Origin: Candidatus Cloacimonadales bacterium
Lineage (GTDB): Bacteria; Cloacimonadota; Cloacimonadia; Cloacimonadales; JAFGVF01
Length of the DNA: 64,000 bases
Assembly: GCA_963677815.1 (NCBI GenBank)
Contig: OY782499.1
Coordinates: forward strand, 2,789,252-2,853,251
Direction of reading: 5' to 3'
Shown: one piece after another, positions 17,411 through 26,050 of the stretch
Position numbering within the stretch: position 1 is the stretch's first letter
Layout: each line of letters starts with the position of its first letter
The notes under the pieces: model-generated
Seen by the model: only the letters and a program-made list of their open reading frames with translations
Database searches by the model: none
What the model was told of the DNA's origin: nothing
Translations under genes and position numbers: made by a program

Positions 17411-20400
17411 TTATTTCATCATAATAGCTTTTTTAGTAGCTTGGAATTCATTTGAAACCATACGATAGAAGTAAACACCTGAAGAAACAGGTCTATTATT
17501 ATCATCCATTCCATTCCAAACTATAGTATGATTACCTTGTTTATAGTTATCTGACACCAATGTTTTAACTTTCTGGCCCTTAACGTTATAAACAACAATT
17601 GATACATCACTGTTCTGTTTAAGAGAGAAGTTAATAGTTGTTGAAGGGTTAAATGGGTTAGGTGTATTTTGACCTAGTTCATTAACAGCAACAACTTGAA
17701 CATCATTAGATACAGGAACTGTAACATTCCATGTAGCTATAACAGTAAAGTCAACATCAGAAGCATAGCATTTAACTTGGTATTCGCCAACACTATCAAA
17801 AGTGAAATCTAGAGAATCAGAAACTTCACCTTCAATAACTTCGTTATCAATTTTCCATTCATAAGACAATTCACTATCAACATCAAGAATATCAACACCA
17901 AAACTTACAAAGTTATTTGTTGATTGGAAGTTAGTTGTTTCAGGGAATTTAGCTTGAAGAGATGGTCTATCGTTAACAGGAGTTACAGCAACTAGGAATG
18001 ACACAGAAACTACCATTTCAGTTACGCCATCTTCTGCATAGATAGTTACACTTTCAGTTCCATGCCAGTTATCAGCAGGAGTAACAACTAAGTAACCTTC
18101 ATCATTAACTTCAAAAGATAAGTTTTCTGAATCAGAGAATGAGAACTCTAAGATGTCATTGTTAGGATCTTTAAAGATATTATAAAGATCAATAGATGCA
18201 TCAGAGTGGTCTTCTTCGAAAGTAATATCATTTGGTTGGTTAGTTACAAATGGAGGTAACTGACCAATCTTAGTTGTAATAAAGAGTGCCATTTCATTTT
18301 CAAGAACTTTTGCTGCTTGTGGGTATTGGTTGTTATATGTATATTCTAAACCAACAGTACCAGTATGGTCTTCGATACCTACAGTAGCATATTCACCATG
18401 TGAATTACCACCAGCACTATCAACATTATTAATAACTTTGTATTGTATTTTAATTGGAGCATCGCCTGTTGATGAACCATAGTATTCTGGGTCATATAAA
18501 ATAACTTGGAAAGTTTCTTCATAACTTGAAGAATAGTGATTTCTCCAGTCATTCCAAGTAACAACAAAGTAGTGTTCTGCAGGATCATGAGCTACAAAAA
18601 CTTCACCATAAGAACCTGTAATAAGGTCATCCCAGAAAGGAGCAATCATAGGAGATGCACCTAGAGGACCAGGAAGTCTCCAGTTTCTAAAAGTAGCTTG
18701 TTCAGTTTCACCCATAGCAATCCAACCATTAGAACAGATAGAAATTTGATCATAATCTACGTCATAGAATCTAAAGGTGAAAGGTAAGTCAACTACTTCA
18801 ACTTGTTCTTGGTTATCACCATTATCTGGAAGAGAAATAAGAGTTCCAACACCACCTTGACCTGGGTCAAGTTCTATCCAATCATATTCTGGACATTCAT
18901 CATATTCAGTATCATCTGAATCAAAAATGTAATATCCATAAGCATCTGGACCTAATGGATCAGTAACTGAAGCTGTACCGATTTGAAGACTGAAATAAGC
19001 AGCTGTCTCAAAGCCACCATCTGAAATTTCAAGAATCATTGGAACTAAATCACCAGGTAATAGGTCTTCTGAAGCAGTTATATTAAATCCAGCTGAACCA
19101 GTTCCACCACTAGCAAGAGCTCCAAGAAGAACTTCATCACTATTTATTGTGAGTCTGTTATCTGTTGTAGTTAACATAGCGTTTGCTAATTCTAAAGATC
19201 CGTTACCATAGTTGAATACTTCAAGATTGATTACTGAAGTTTCTCCAGGGCCAAAGTCAGTATTTACTAGTTCATAATCAACAACTTGGATAAGTGGACT
19301 ATGAATAGGAAGAGCAATTTTTCTTTCCCAGCTATAAGTAGCATTTGAGAAGATTATTCTGAATTCTATATCATTTTCTGAAGCCATGTTAGGTACTGAG
19401 AATTCAAAGTGAGTTGCATTTTCAGCATTCCCACCTTGTAAGATAGTACCAAAGTCAGCTGTTGCATTACTAATTACAATACCATTAGAAATAGCTGATA
19501 TTGTAGCAGAGATGTTAGTAACATCAGCAGAACCAGTATTAGATGCTTCAACTGTCAAGTTATAATCATGACCAGGGAGTAAGTAATCAACCTCTGTTGA
19601 ATTTTCTAATATAGTGAAAGAACTTGCATTTACAACAGGAGCTTCTAAACCAAATATTAAATCATATTGTTGAGGTTGATAACCTTCTTTAGTAACGGTT
19701 AATGTTCCTTGACCACTAGCATCAGTAGGAATATCAAAGAAAATTTCACCTAAAGAATTTGTATAACCAGTGTAATAGTCTTCACCAATATTAATAGTTG
19801 CCCATACATTAGTAAGAGGGAAACCATCTTCAGTAGTTTTGACTTTATATTGGTCAGTTCCTAAAGCAATATCTTGGATATATTCAGTATCGAAATATTT
19901 AGGTTGTTCTTTATAAACTCTTAGAGCTGAATCACCAATTAAGTTACAGATAGTAGAGAAGAAATTAACTCTTTCAGGTTTTGATACACCGTAAGCTTCC
20001 CAAAGGTGGAATTTTCCACGATTATTTGCAGCACCCATAGTCCAACCATCTTCTTGGAAGAGATAGCCCATGATACCGCCATTAAGGTTGTTGTTAAAAG
20101 TTGTATGTGTTCCAGAAGTAGCAAGTCCTATTGAACATACACCACCAGTAGGTGAAGATGCTGAACCTGAACGGACAACAGCTTCTGTTACAGATTCACC
20201 TGAATAGAAAGTACCTGTTGAACAAGTTAAAATAACACAAACGGTTAATTTATTAACATTGTTTAAAGATGCAGCTTGAGAAGTTCCCCAACCGTCCATA
20301 CCAATCCAACCACGGTAATTCCAAAAACCAACACCAGCATTCATTCCACTTGAAACTGAAGATGGAGATGGAGAATCACCAAAGTGTTGAATGAAAGTAT

Positions 20401-21583
20401 AATCATCATTATAAGCTTTCATTATTTCTTTAACAAAGAGATTAGTAATTATAGTTGATTGACCTGATGGAGTGGTATCTGCAACTAATAAAGTTCTAGT
20501 GTAATAAGTTGTATCAGGTATAGTTGTTGCTTTTTCATATTTCAAAGTTTTAGTAACTATAGTTGAAAGGTCAATTAAATCATCAATTGAAATTCTTCCT
20601 AAGAAGATATCCTCTAAATCATCATTACCTTCTAACAAGCCATACCAGTGGTCTCCACCAGCACTATAAGAAGAAATAGTGTAAACAGGAATTGAGAAAG
20701 AGCCTGAGCCATCACCAATAAAAGTAACATAAGCAGGAGGATTTTCCCAGTTATCATAAGCATCTTGAATGTATGCTTTAATACTTGAAGTTGAAGTACC
20801 AGTCTGAGTTGTATTAGCAGTATAGACTGTCCAACCTTGTTCTTTTCTCCAATTGAAAAGATTACTTGCAATTGGATTACCTTCTAAAGCTGAAGGATAA
20901 ATATACAGAATAGTAGGGTTTTGGTAATCATCTCTAGTTGTAGGAGCTTGGTAATTTAATAATGTTGACGCGAAGAAATTTTCAAAACTAGCATCAGGTT
21001 TGATAAAAGACCTAGTAATTTCATTTACAGATGGGAGATTATCAAAGGTAATTTCAATTTCTGCTTTCTTAATAATTTCTAATGTATTTTTTGCATCATT
21101 ATACCTGAAGGGGTGGATGATAAAAGATACTAATCTCTTATTTCTTAAGATAGCAGGTTCCCCGATTTGTGCTATTGATGTGGGATAAAATACATCTTTT
21201 GTATATACTTGTTGGTTAAAAGTATAAATTTCTTGTTCATTCTCTCTAAAAGGTTTGATATTGATATTATCAATGATTTCAGAGTCAATAACTCTGATGT
21301 TTAATGATGGATTCCCAGTGTTAGGAATTTCGATAGTTGATGAGTAAAATGGTAGTTCAGGAGATCCAACATCTACTGTTAGGCTTAGTGATTGTGTACT
21401 TACATAGTCGTAAGAAGCAGCACCAATCATTTCTTGTTTGATTTCAAAATCTGGATTTTTGAAAATAATGTTCAAATTTGAGCGACTTTCATTTTCCAAT
21501 TGAAATTGGCCATAAGCTAAGATTGGTGTTAGCAGTATGAACAATCCGAATACTACACAAAAAAAGTTTTTTTTCTGAGTCAT
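17411..21583 (-). CDS. peptidase C25 (gingipain-family) multidomain secreted protease with T9SS-type C-terminal sorting domain
   Basis: Signal peptide and a C25-like core (...AYVTFIGDGS..., ...VILTCSTGTF... candidate catalytic Cys). Then long Ig-like/cadherin-like regions (VNDRPS) and a C-terminal NPFNPSTTINFSL...VSSGVYFYRM...KKAIMMK sorting-domain pattern. Confidence 0.8.
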   Translation of the reverse strand: MTQKKNFFCVVFGLFILLTPILAYGQFQLENESRSNLNIIFKNPDFEIKQEMIGAASYDYVSTQSLSLTVDVGSPELPFYSSTIEIPNTGNPSLNIRVIDSEIIDNINIKPFRENEQEIYTFNQQVYTKDVFYPTSIAQIGEPAILRNKRLVSFIIHPFRYNDAKNTLEIIKKAEIEITFDNLPSVNEITRSFIKPDASFENFFASTLLNYQAPTTRDDYQNPTILYIYPSALEGNPIASNLFNWRKEQGWTVYTANTTQTGTSTSSIKAYIQDAYDNWENPPAYVTFIGDGSGSFSIPVYTISSYSAGGDHWYGLLEGNDDLEDIFLGRISIDDLIDLSTIVTKTLKYEKATTIPDTTYYTRTLLVADTTPSGQSTIITNLFVKEIMKAYNDDYTFIQHFGDSPSPSSVSSGMNAGVGFWNYRGWIGMDGWGTSQAASLNNVNKLTVCVILTCSTGTFYSGESVTEAVVRSGSASSPTGGVCSIGLATSGTHTTFNNNLNGGIMGYLFQEDGWTMGAANNRGKFHLWEAYGVSKPERVNFFSTICNLIGDSALRVYKEQPKYFDTEYIQDIALGTDQYKVKTTEDGFPLTNVWATINIGEDYYTGYTNSLGEIFFDIPTDASGQGTLTVTKEGYQPQQYDLIFGLEAPVVNASSFTILENSTEVDYLLPGHDYNLTVEASNTGSADVTNISATISAISNGIVISNATADFGTILQGGNAENATHFEFSVPNMASENDIEFRIIFSNATYSWERKIALPIHSPLIQVVDYELVNTDFGPGETSVINLEVFNYGNGSLELANAMLTTTDNRLTINSDEVLLGALASGGTGSAGFNITASEDLLPGDLVPMILEISDGGFETAAYFSLQIGTASVTDPLGPDAYGYYIFDSDDTEYDECPEYDWIELDPGQGGVGTLISLPDNGDNQEQVEVVDLPFTFRFYDVDYDQISICSNGWIAMGETEQATFRNWRLPGPLGASPMIAPFWDDLITGSYGEVFVAHDPAEHYFVVTWNDWRNHYSSSYEETFQVILYDPEYYGSSTGDAPIKIQYKVINNVDSAGGNSHGEYATVGIEDHTGTVGLEYTYNNQYPQAAKVLENEMALFITTKIGQLPPFVTNQPNDITFEEDHSDASIDLYNIFKDPNNDILEFSFSDSENLSFEVNDEGYLVVTPADNWHGTESVTIYAEDGVTEMVVSVSFLVAVTPVNDRPSLQAKFPETTNFQSTNNFVSFGVDILDVDSELSYEWKIDNEVIEGEVSDSLDFTFDSVGEYQVKCYASDVDFTVIATWNVTVPVSNDVQVVAVNELGQNTPNPFNPSTTINFSLKQNSDVSIVVYNVKGQKVKTLVSDNYKQGNHTIVWNGMDDNNRPVSSGVYFYRMVSNEFQATKKAIMMK

Positions 21584-21750
21584 ACATTACCTCTATTAAT
21601 TTAGTCTGTATATGTTCTTAGTATAAATCAGCTTAATAAGCTAAAGATTGTCATTAAACTGGGTTTCATGTAATGTTTTTTTAATATGTAAATTTTGTTC
21701 CAAAAGTTTAAAAAAGTTAATTACCTCAGAATATTCTGTCAATTTTAGTT

Positions 21751-21808
21751 CTTGATTGTTACTCTCTCGATTATTCATTGGATTTTTATAGAGTGAGTAA
21801 CAATCAAG
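21751..21808. repeat. long-stem hairpin H, copy 2 (perfect 14-bp arms CTTGATTGTTACTC / GAGTAACAATCAAG, 30-nt spacer)
   Basis: The right arm contains the stop codon (21804-21806) of the M14 carboxypeptidase gene. It lies 170-220 bp upstream of the C25 gene ATG. Confidence 0.85.
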
Positions 21809-22841
21809 GGTTTATGATTCTCAATAGATTAGTCAGAGCACTTCTATGCTTTTTGATAATAGTAAATAAATCATTATTTTTGGGCATAAAGAGAGGAATT
21901 CCATTTGGAGTAATACCCGAAACTTCTATAGTAAAAGCATATGTTCCATAAGTTTTATAAAAATAATCTCTGGCGTAACCATATTTACTTGTTTCTCCTG
22001 TATGTACATGATAATGTCCATCTTTATAGAAACATGGTAGATTCATAGCAAGGCTATCTGCAATACTTTTCATATGATTCCACTCTTGACTTCTCTCCAG
22101 TCCCCAATGATAAGGAAAGAAAATCATCTCTGGATAAGTACCATTTGCAGAGGAGTGATAAAAGAAAGCATAATCAAAATCCATCTTGTCCCCTAACTTT
22201 ATAACTGCTTGAATTTCTGCTTCTGAGCTTGCTCTATTCCCTTTATAATATGGGCATTCAGGGTCATTTAAATCAGCAATATCCCAATTACTCGGGTAAT
22301 TTTTATTTAGATCTACCCCGTCAACTTTCAAGTCAAACACCCCATTAAGATTAGAATCAGTATTATTCTTTCTTTTTAGTGGATATTGTCCAGAATTAAC
22401 AATCTTGTAAGCTTCTGGATTTACCGTTGGAATGATTACAAAATAATAGTTTTTTATTAAGTCTTCTAAATCATTATTTCCCACTAGATCAGCTATTAAA
22501 CCTAGGGCTATCTCTACCCCAATTGGTTCTTCACCATGATGTTGTCCTATGATAAGCACTTTTGGCAAATCTCCAGGGAAATTATAATCCCAAAGTTTGA
22601 CCTTTTTACTCTTCACTTTCTGTGATTTATGGATATGAAAAGCATAGATGGGTAGCTTGTCATTACTTGACTGACCAATTATCTCAATATCTGAAACAAG
22701 TCTATTTTGCTGATGATATGTTAACAAAGTATCACCCAAATTTTCCCAGTTATGATAAGCAGTATCCAAAGGATATTGATTTACTGCTTCAAGCATTAAA
22801 TAAGTTATTAAGATTGTAAGCAGAGCGTAAAATCTCTTCAT
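21804..22841 (-). CDS. M14-family zinc carboxypeptidase
   Basis: Signal peptide and Zn-binding motif IIGQHHGEEPIG (HxxE); 345 aa. Confidence 0.75.
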   Translation of the reverse strand: MKRFYALLTILITYLMLEAVNQYPLDTAYHNWENLGDTLLTYHQQNRLVSDIEIIGQSSNDKLPIYAFHIHKSQKVKSKKVKLWDYNFPGDLPKVLIIGQHHGEEPIGVEIALGLIADLVGNNDLEDLIKNYYFVIIPTVNPEAYKIVNSGQYPLKRKNNTDSNLNGVFDLKVDGVDLNKNYPSNWDIADLNDPECPYYKGNRASSEAEIQAVIKLGDKMDFDYAFFYHSSANGTYPEMIFFPYHWGLERSQEWNHMKSIADSLAMNLPCFYKDGHYHVHTGETSKYGYARDYFYKTYGTYAFTIEVSGITPNGIPLFMPKNNDLFTIIKKHRSALTNLLRIINP

Positions 22842-23608
22842 TAAGAATTTTCCCAGCTTGTAGTAGCTGTAAAGACTTGCTTATTATCCCTAGCAGTTAA
22901 TATTTCATGATGAAAAACTAGCTTCTCATGCTGATAAGTTTTAATAATTATTTCATCAAGATATTTAACTTCTTGAATGAAGTTTGTATTTATCAGTTTT
23001 AGTTGATAGCGTTTATCGAAATATTCAGCTATTGAATCAAGAACCATATCGATATAGCAGGTATTATTCATATGACCATTAATATCAATATCTGAGAACC
23101 TTACTCTTTTACTAAAAGTATTTACTAAAGATTCTCTTACAACTTCTATCTTGCTGAGATCCTCAGAAATAAGCTTAAGGTCATAACTCTGAATAGAATC
23201 CAAATTAACCTTTGTTAAAGGAATGATTCTCCTTTTTAATAGATTAAGAACAAGCCAATCTGAGACAGCTTTTAGTAAAACATTACCATCTTGGTCTGTA
23301 ACTAAGAAGTTTCTTGTGGCGAAGATTTTATTGTATTTATGACTCCAAGTATGAATGGTAAATCTTTCTAATGATTTTGGTAGCCTCTCAATTTCAAGAA
23401 GTTCCTTTGTTAATACCCAAGCACCATTAATTGAAGCAAGATCAGAATAGCCTATCTTCATTGATTCTGAATGTAAAGATGCTACTTCTTGCAGATACTT
23501 GAAAAGATCAGATATTTTAATTGTTTGAAAAAAACTAGTATTATAGGTTTCAACAGCATAAGATTTCTTAAATACTTTTGGATTATTTATCAACTCTACT
23601 AGATTCAT
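22841..23608 (-). CDS. acyl-ACP thioesterase
   Basis: 255 aa double hot-dog pattern (...LFKYLQEVASLHSE...GAWVLTK...; second half RFSDIDINGHMNNTCY). Confidence 0.7.
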   Translation of the reverse strand: MNLVELINNPKVFKKSYAVETYNTSFFQTIKISDLFKYLQEVASLHSESMKIGYSDLASINGAWVLTKELLEIERLPKSLERFTIHTWSHKYNKIFATRNFLVTDQDGNVLLKAVSDWLVLNLLKRRIIPLTKVNLDSIQSYDLKLISEDLSKIEVVRESLVNTFSKRVRFSDIDINGHMNNTCYIDMVLDSIAEYFDKRYQLKLINTNFIQEVKYLDEIIIKTYQHEKLVFHHEILTARDNKQVFTATTSWENS

Positions 23609-24716
23609 AGTTTTCCTCCCATTCTATTAATAATTGTTCCCAAGATTGAGCATTAAGATGTTTTAAGCTCGTAAATGATACACCTAAAAGCCTTACCTTT
23701 CTATTTGTGTCATAAGTATCTATGAGAATCCTTCTACATTCTTTTAATAAATAGTGGTAATCAGAAGTATAAGCTGAAAGGGTCTTACCCCTTGTCAGGG
23801 TTTCAAAATTTGTATATCTAAGTTTTAAAGTTATAGTTTTTACTTCAATCTCTTCCTTCTGGATCTTCTCAACTAGACGGGAAATTATCCTTTCTAAATG
23901 CTTAAACAAAACTCCTAAATCATCAATATCAATCCTAAAAGTTGATTCTTTACCTATGGATTTTCTTGTATGATTTGTAGTTACCTCTCGATTATCAATA
24001 CCTCTTACAAGATAATAATATTGATAGCCTATCTTGCCAAAATTATCTATTAACCAGCTTAATTCCTTCTTTAATAAATCTGCTCCTGTATGAATTCCAT
24101 ACTTTTTAAGGTGGGCTGTTGTTGATTTACCTATCCCGTGAAACTTTCCAATTGGGAGATTAGATAGAACTTTGATAGCATCTTTAGGTGTGATGACGCA
24201 TAAACCATCAGGTTTGTTAAGATCAGAAGCTATTTTAGCTAAAAATTTATTATATGAAACCCCAGCAGAAGCTGTCAGATTAACTTCAGATTTTATTCTG
24301 GCTCTTATTTCCTTGGCTATTATAGTTGCTGAAGGAATACCTAACTTATTATTAGTTACATCTATGTAAGCTTCATCTAAAGACATGGGTTGAACCAAAT
24401 TAGAATAATCCCTAAAAATAGTAAATATCTTCTCAGTAGCTTCTTTATAAGCCTCAAATCTAGGTCTAACAAAAATTCCATGGGGGCATAATTTATGAGC
24501 AGTAGTAGCTGGCATAGCAGAGTGTATCCCATATTTACGTGCTTCGTAAGAACAAGTAGATACTACTCCTCTTTCTCCAACAGAGCCCCCCACAATGACA
24601 GGTTTACCCCTTAATTCTGGGAAATCTCTTTGTTCAATAGCCGCAAAATAAGCATCCATATCAACATGAATTATCTTGCGTATCTCTGATTTGACCTTAG
24701 TTGGCTGATATGGCAT
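23583..24716 (-). CDS. dinB: DNA polymerase IV
   Basis: IIHVDMDAYFAAIEQRD, SLDEAYIDVT, and FLAKIASDLNKPDG motifs. Confidence 0.9.
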   Translation of the reverse strand: MPYQPTKVKSEIRKIIHVDMDAYFAAIEQRDFPELRGKPVIVGGSVGERGVVSTCSYEARKYGIHSAMPATTAHKLCPHGIFVRPRFEAYKEATEKIFTIFRDYSNLVQPMSLDEAYIDVTNNKLGIPSATIIAKEIRARIKSEVNLTASAGVSYNKFLAKIASDLNKPDGLCVITPKDAIKVLSNLPIGKFHGIGKSTTAHLKKYGIHTGADLLKKELSWLIDNFGKIGYQYYYLVRGIDNREVTTNHTRKSIGKESTFRIDIDDLGVLFKHLERIISRLVEKIQKEEIEVKTITLKLRYTNFETLTRGKTLSAYTSDYHYLLKECRRILIDTYDTNRKVRLLGVSFTSLKHLNAQSWEQLLIEWEENYESSRVDK

Positions 24717-24730
24717 TAATGCTCTATAAA

Positions 24731-25237
24731 CTAAAAGTTATCAAAATCTAGAATTGCTGAAGGAGACTTCTGCTTATTTCCACGATACTTCTTTACTAAA
24801 CCTTGCAAGAATTTCCTAATAAGCTGATCTTTGCAAGGCTGATAATGATGATTATCTTTAGCTCTAAACAGGGCACTCAACTGATTCTTCGAAAACTTCA
24901 TCCCTTCTAATTCTAGTACTTCAAGCATATCACTATCCTTAAAGTTTAAAGCTATTCTTAGTTTTCGCAATATCTGATTATTGTCTAGTTCAAGATTCAC
25001 TGGGGGTTGACTTCCATCTTTAGCTTTTCCTCTGCGATAGAGAATTAAACCATTTAGAAAGATTTCTAGAGTTTTATCATCACATAAAAGAAAATTCTCA
25101 TCTTCATCTTTGGCACAAAAAGCACATACTTGATCTCTTGTTAGTTTTAGACCACCTAAATTGAAGATATCTATCAACTTAAAATCATTATAATCTAGAG
25201 CATAACGAAGTTTTTTTATTATAAAATTATTGTTCAT
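24731..25237 (-). CDS. DUF1456 (YehS-like) family protein
   Basis: Two-repeat pattern (IIKKLRYALDYND... / ILRKLRIALNFKD...) and FLNGLILYRRGK, resembling E. coli YehS as I recall it. Confidence 0.75.
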   Translation of the reverse strand: MNNNFIIKKLRYALDYNDFKLIDIFNLGGLKLTRDQVCAFCAKDEDENFLLCDDKTLEIFLNGLILYRRGKAKDGSQPPVNLELDNNQILRKLRIALNFKDSDMLEVLELEGMKFSKNQLSALFRAKDNHHYQPCKDQLIRKFLQGLVKKYRGNKQKSPSAILDFDNF

Positions 25238-25500
25238 TGCTTTTCCTTTGTTTGTTTATTTCTAATTAAGGAGGGGTAATATTTTAGTCAAGGTCTTTTA
25301 AATGTGAGAAGTTTGGGTAAAACAAAGACTGTTCAATCTCAAGCTAGTCCTCTTATAGCTTATCCTTGAAGAAGTGACATGATGATTGTTGTGTTAATTA
25401 TAGTATTTTATGCACATTTTTAAATTTATAGCTCAGTTTTTCAAATTGACTTATAAATACATTCTTGTCAAAATTTCGGATATTGAAATATATCCTCATT

Positions 25501-25780
25501 AATCCTGGAAGGATGCAGATATAATAGGCAGGGTTCGAAGACCCTGTACAAGGAGTCTCCCAAAAACCTAAGCCCCGGAGGGGCGATAATACCTCTTACT
25601 GATTATGTAAATAAGGGTTAAGCTCTCTTTTTATCATGTTTTTTTATGAATAATAAGTACTATAAAAATAAATCTGGAAAAATGAATATTGTCGCCCCTC
25701 CAGGGCTTTACTTGATTTTTTGAATTAATTAATACAGGGTCTTCGAACCCTGCCTATTATATCTGCATCTCTCCGAGATT
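25501..25780. repeat. 280-bp quasi-palindrome (37-nt perfect arms 25512-25548 / 25733-25769, extended imperfectly; inner arm pair 25571-25590 / 25688-25707)
   Basis: GATGCAGATATAATAGGCAGGGTTCGAAGACCCTGTA and its exact reverse complement. Each arm contains its own mini-hairpin CAGGGT-tcgaag-ACCCTG. Confidence 0.9.
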
Positions 25781-26050
25781 TTTATGAATTTACTCACTGC
25801 AACTTGAAAAAAGATGTGTCTTATCGGAAATCCAATCCAATGTAGGGTATATGTTACTAATCATAATTTTTCACCAAGATCAAGAAAACCTAAAGATGTA
25901 CAATATTATTGACATCTTTAAGAAGAAGGTGGCTTGATAATTGAACAGTCTCACTCACCTTTTGTTAGAAAATACTAACATTTTTCTTGACATTATTACA
26001 TATCCTACTTTTTTGGTATAAAATAATTATTAAACAAAAATGGAGTAACT

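Noticed and set aside
25850-25960. Fur-box-like words (ACTAATCATAATT at about 25855; TTGATAATTGAA at about 25936) and a TTGACA (25987-25992) upstream of feoB
   Set aside because: Matches to the 19-bp Fur consensus are partial (about 9/13 by eye) in very AT-rich DNA. The TTGACA has a 24-nt gap to the nearest TATAAA. This is too weak to call without a genome-wide motif model.
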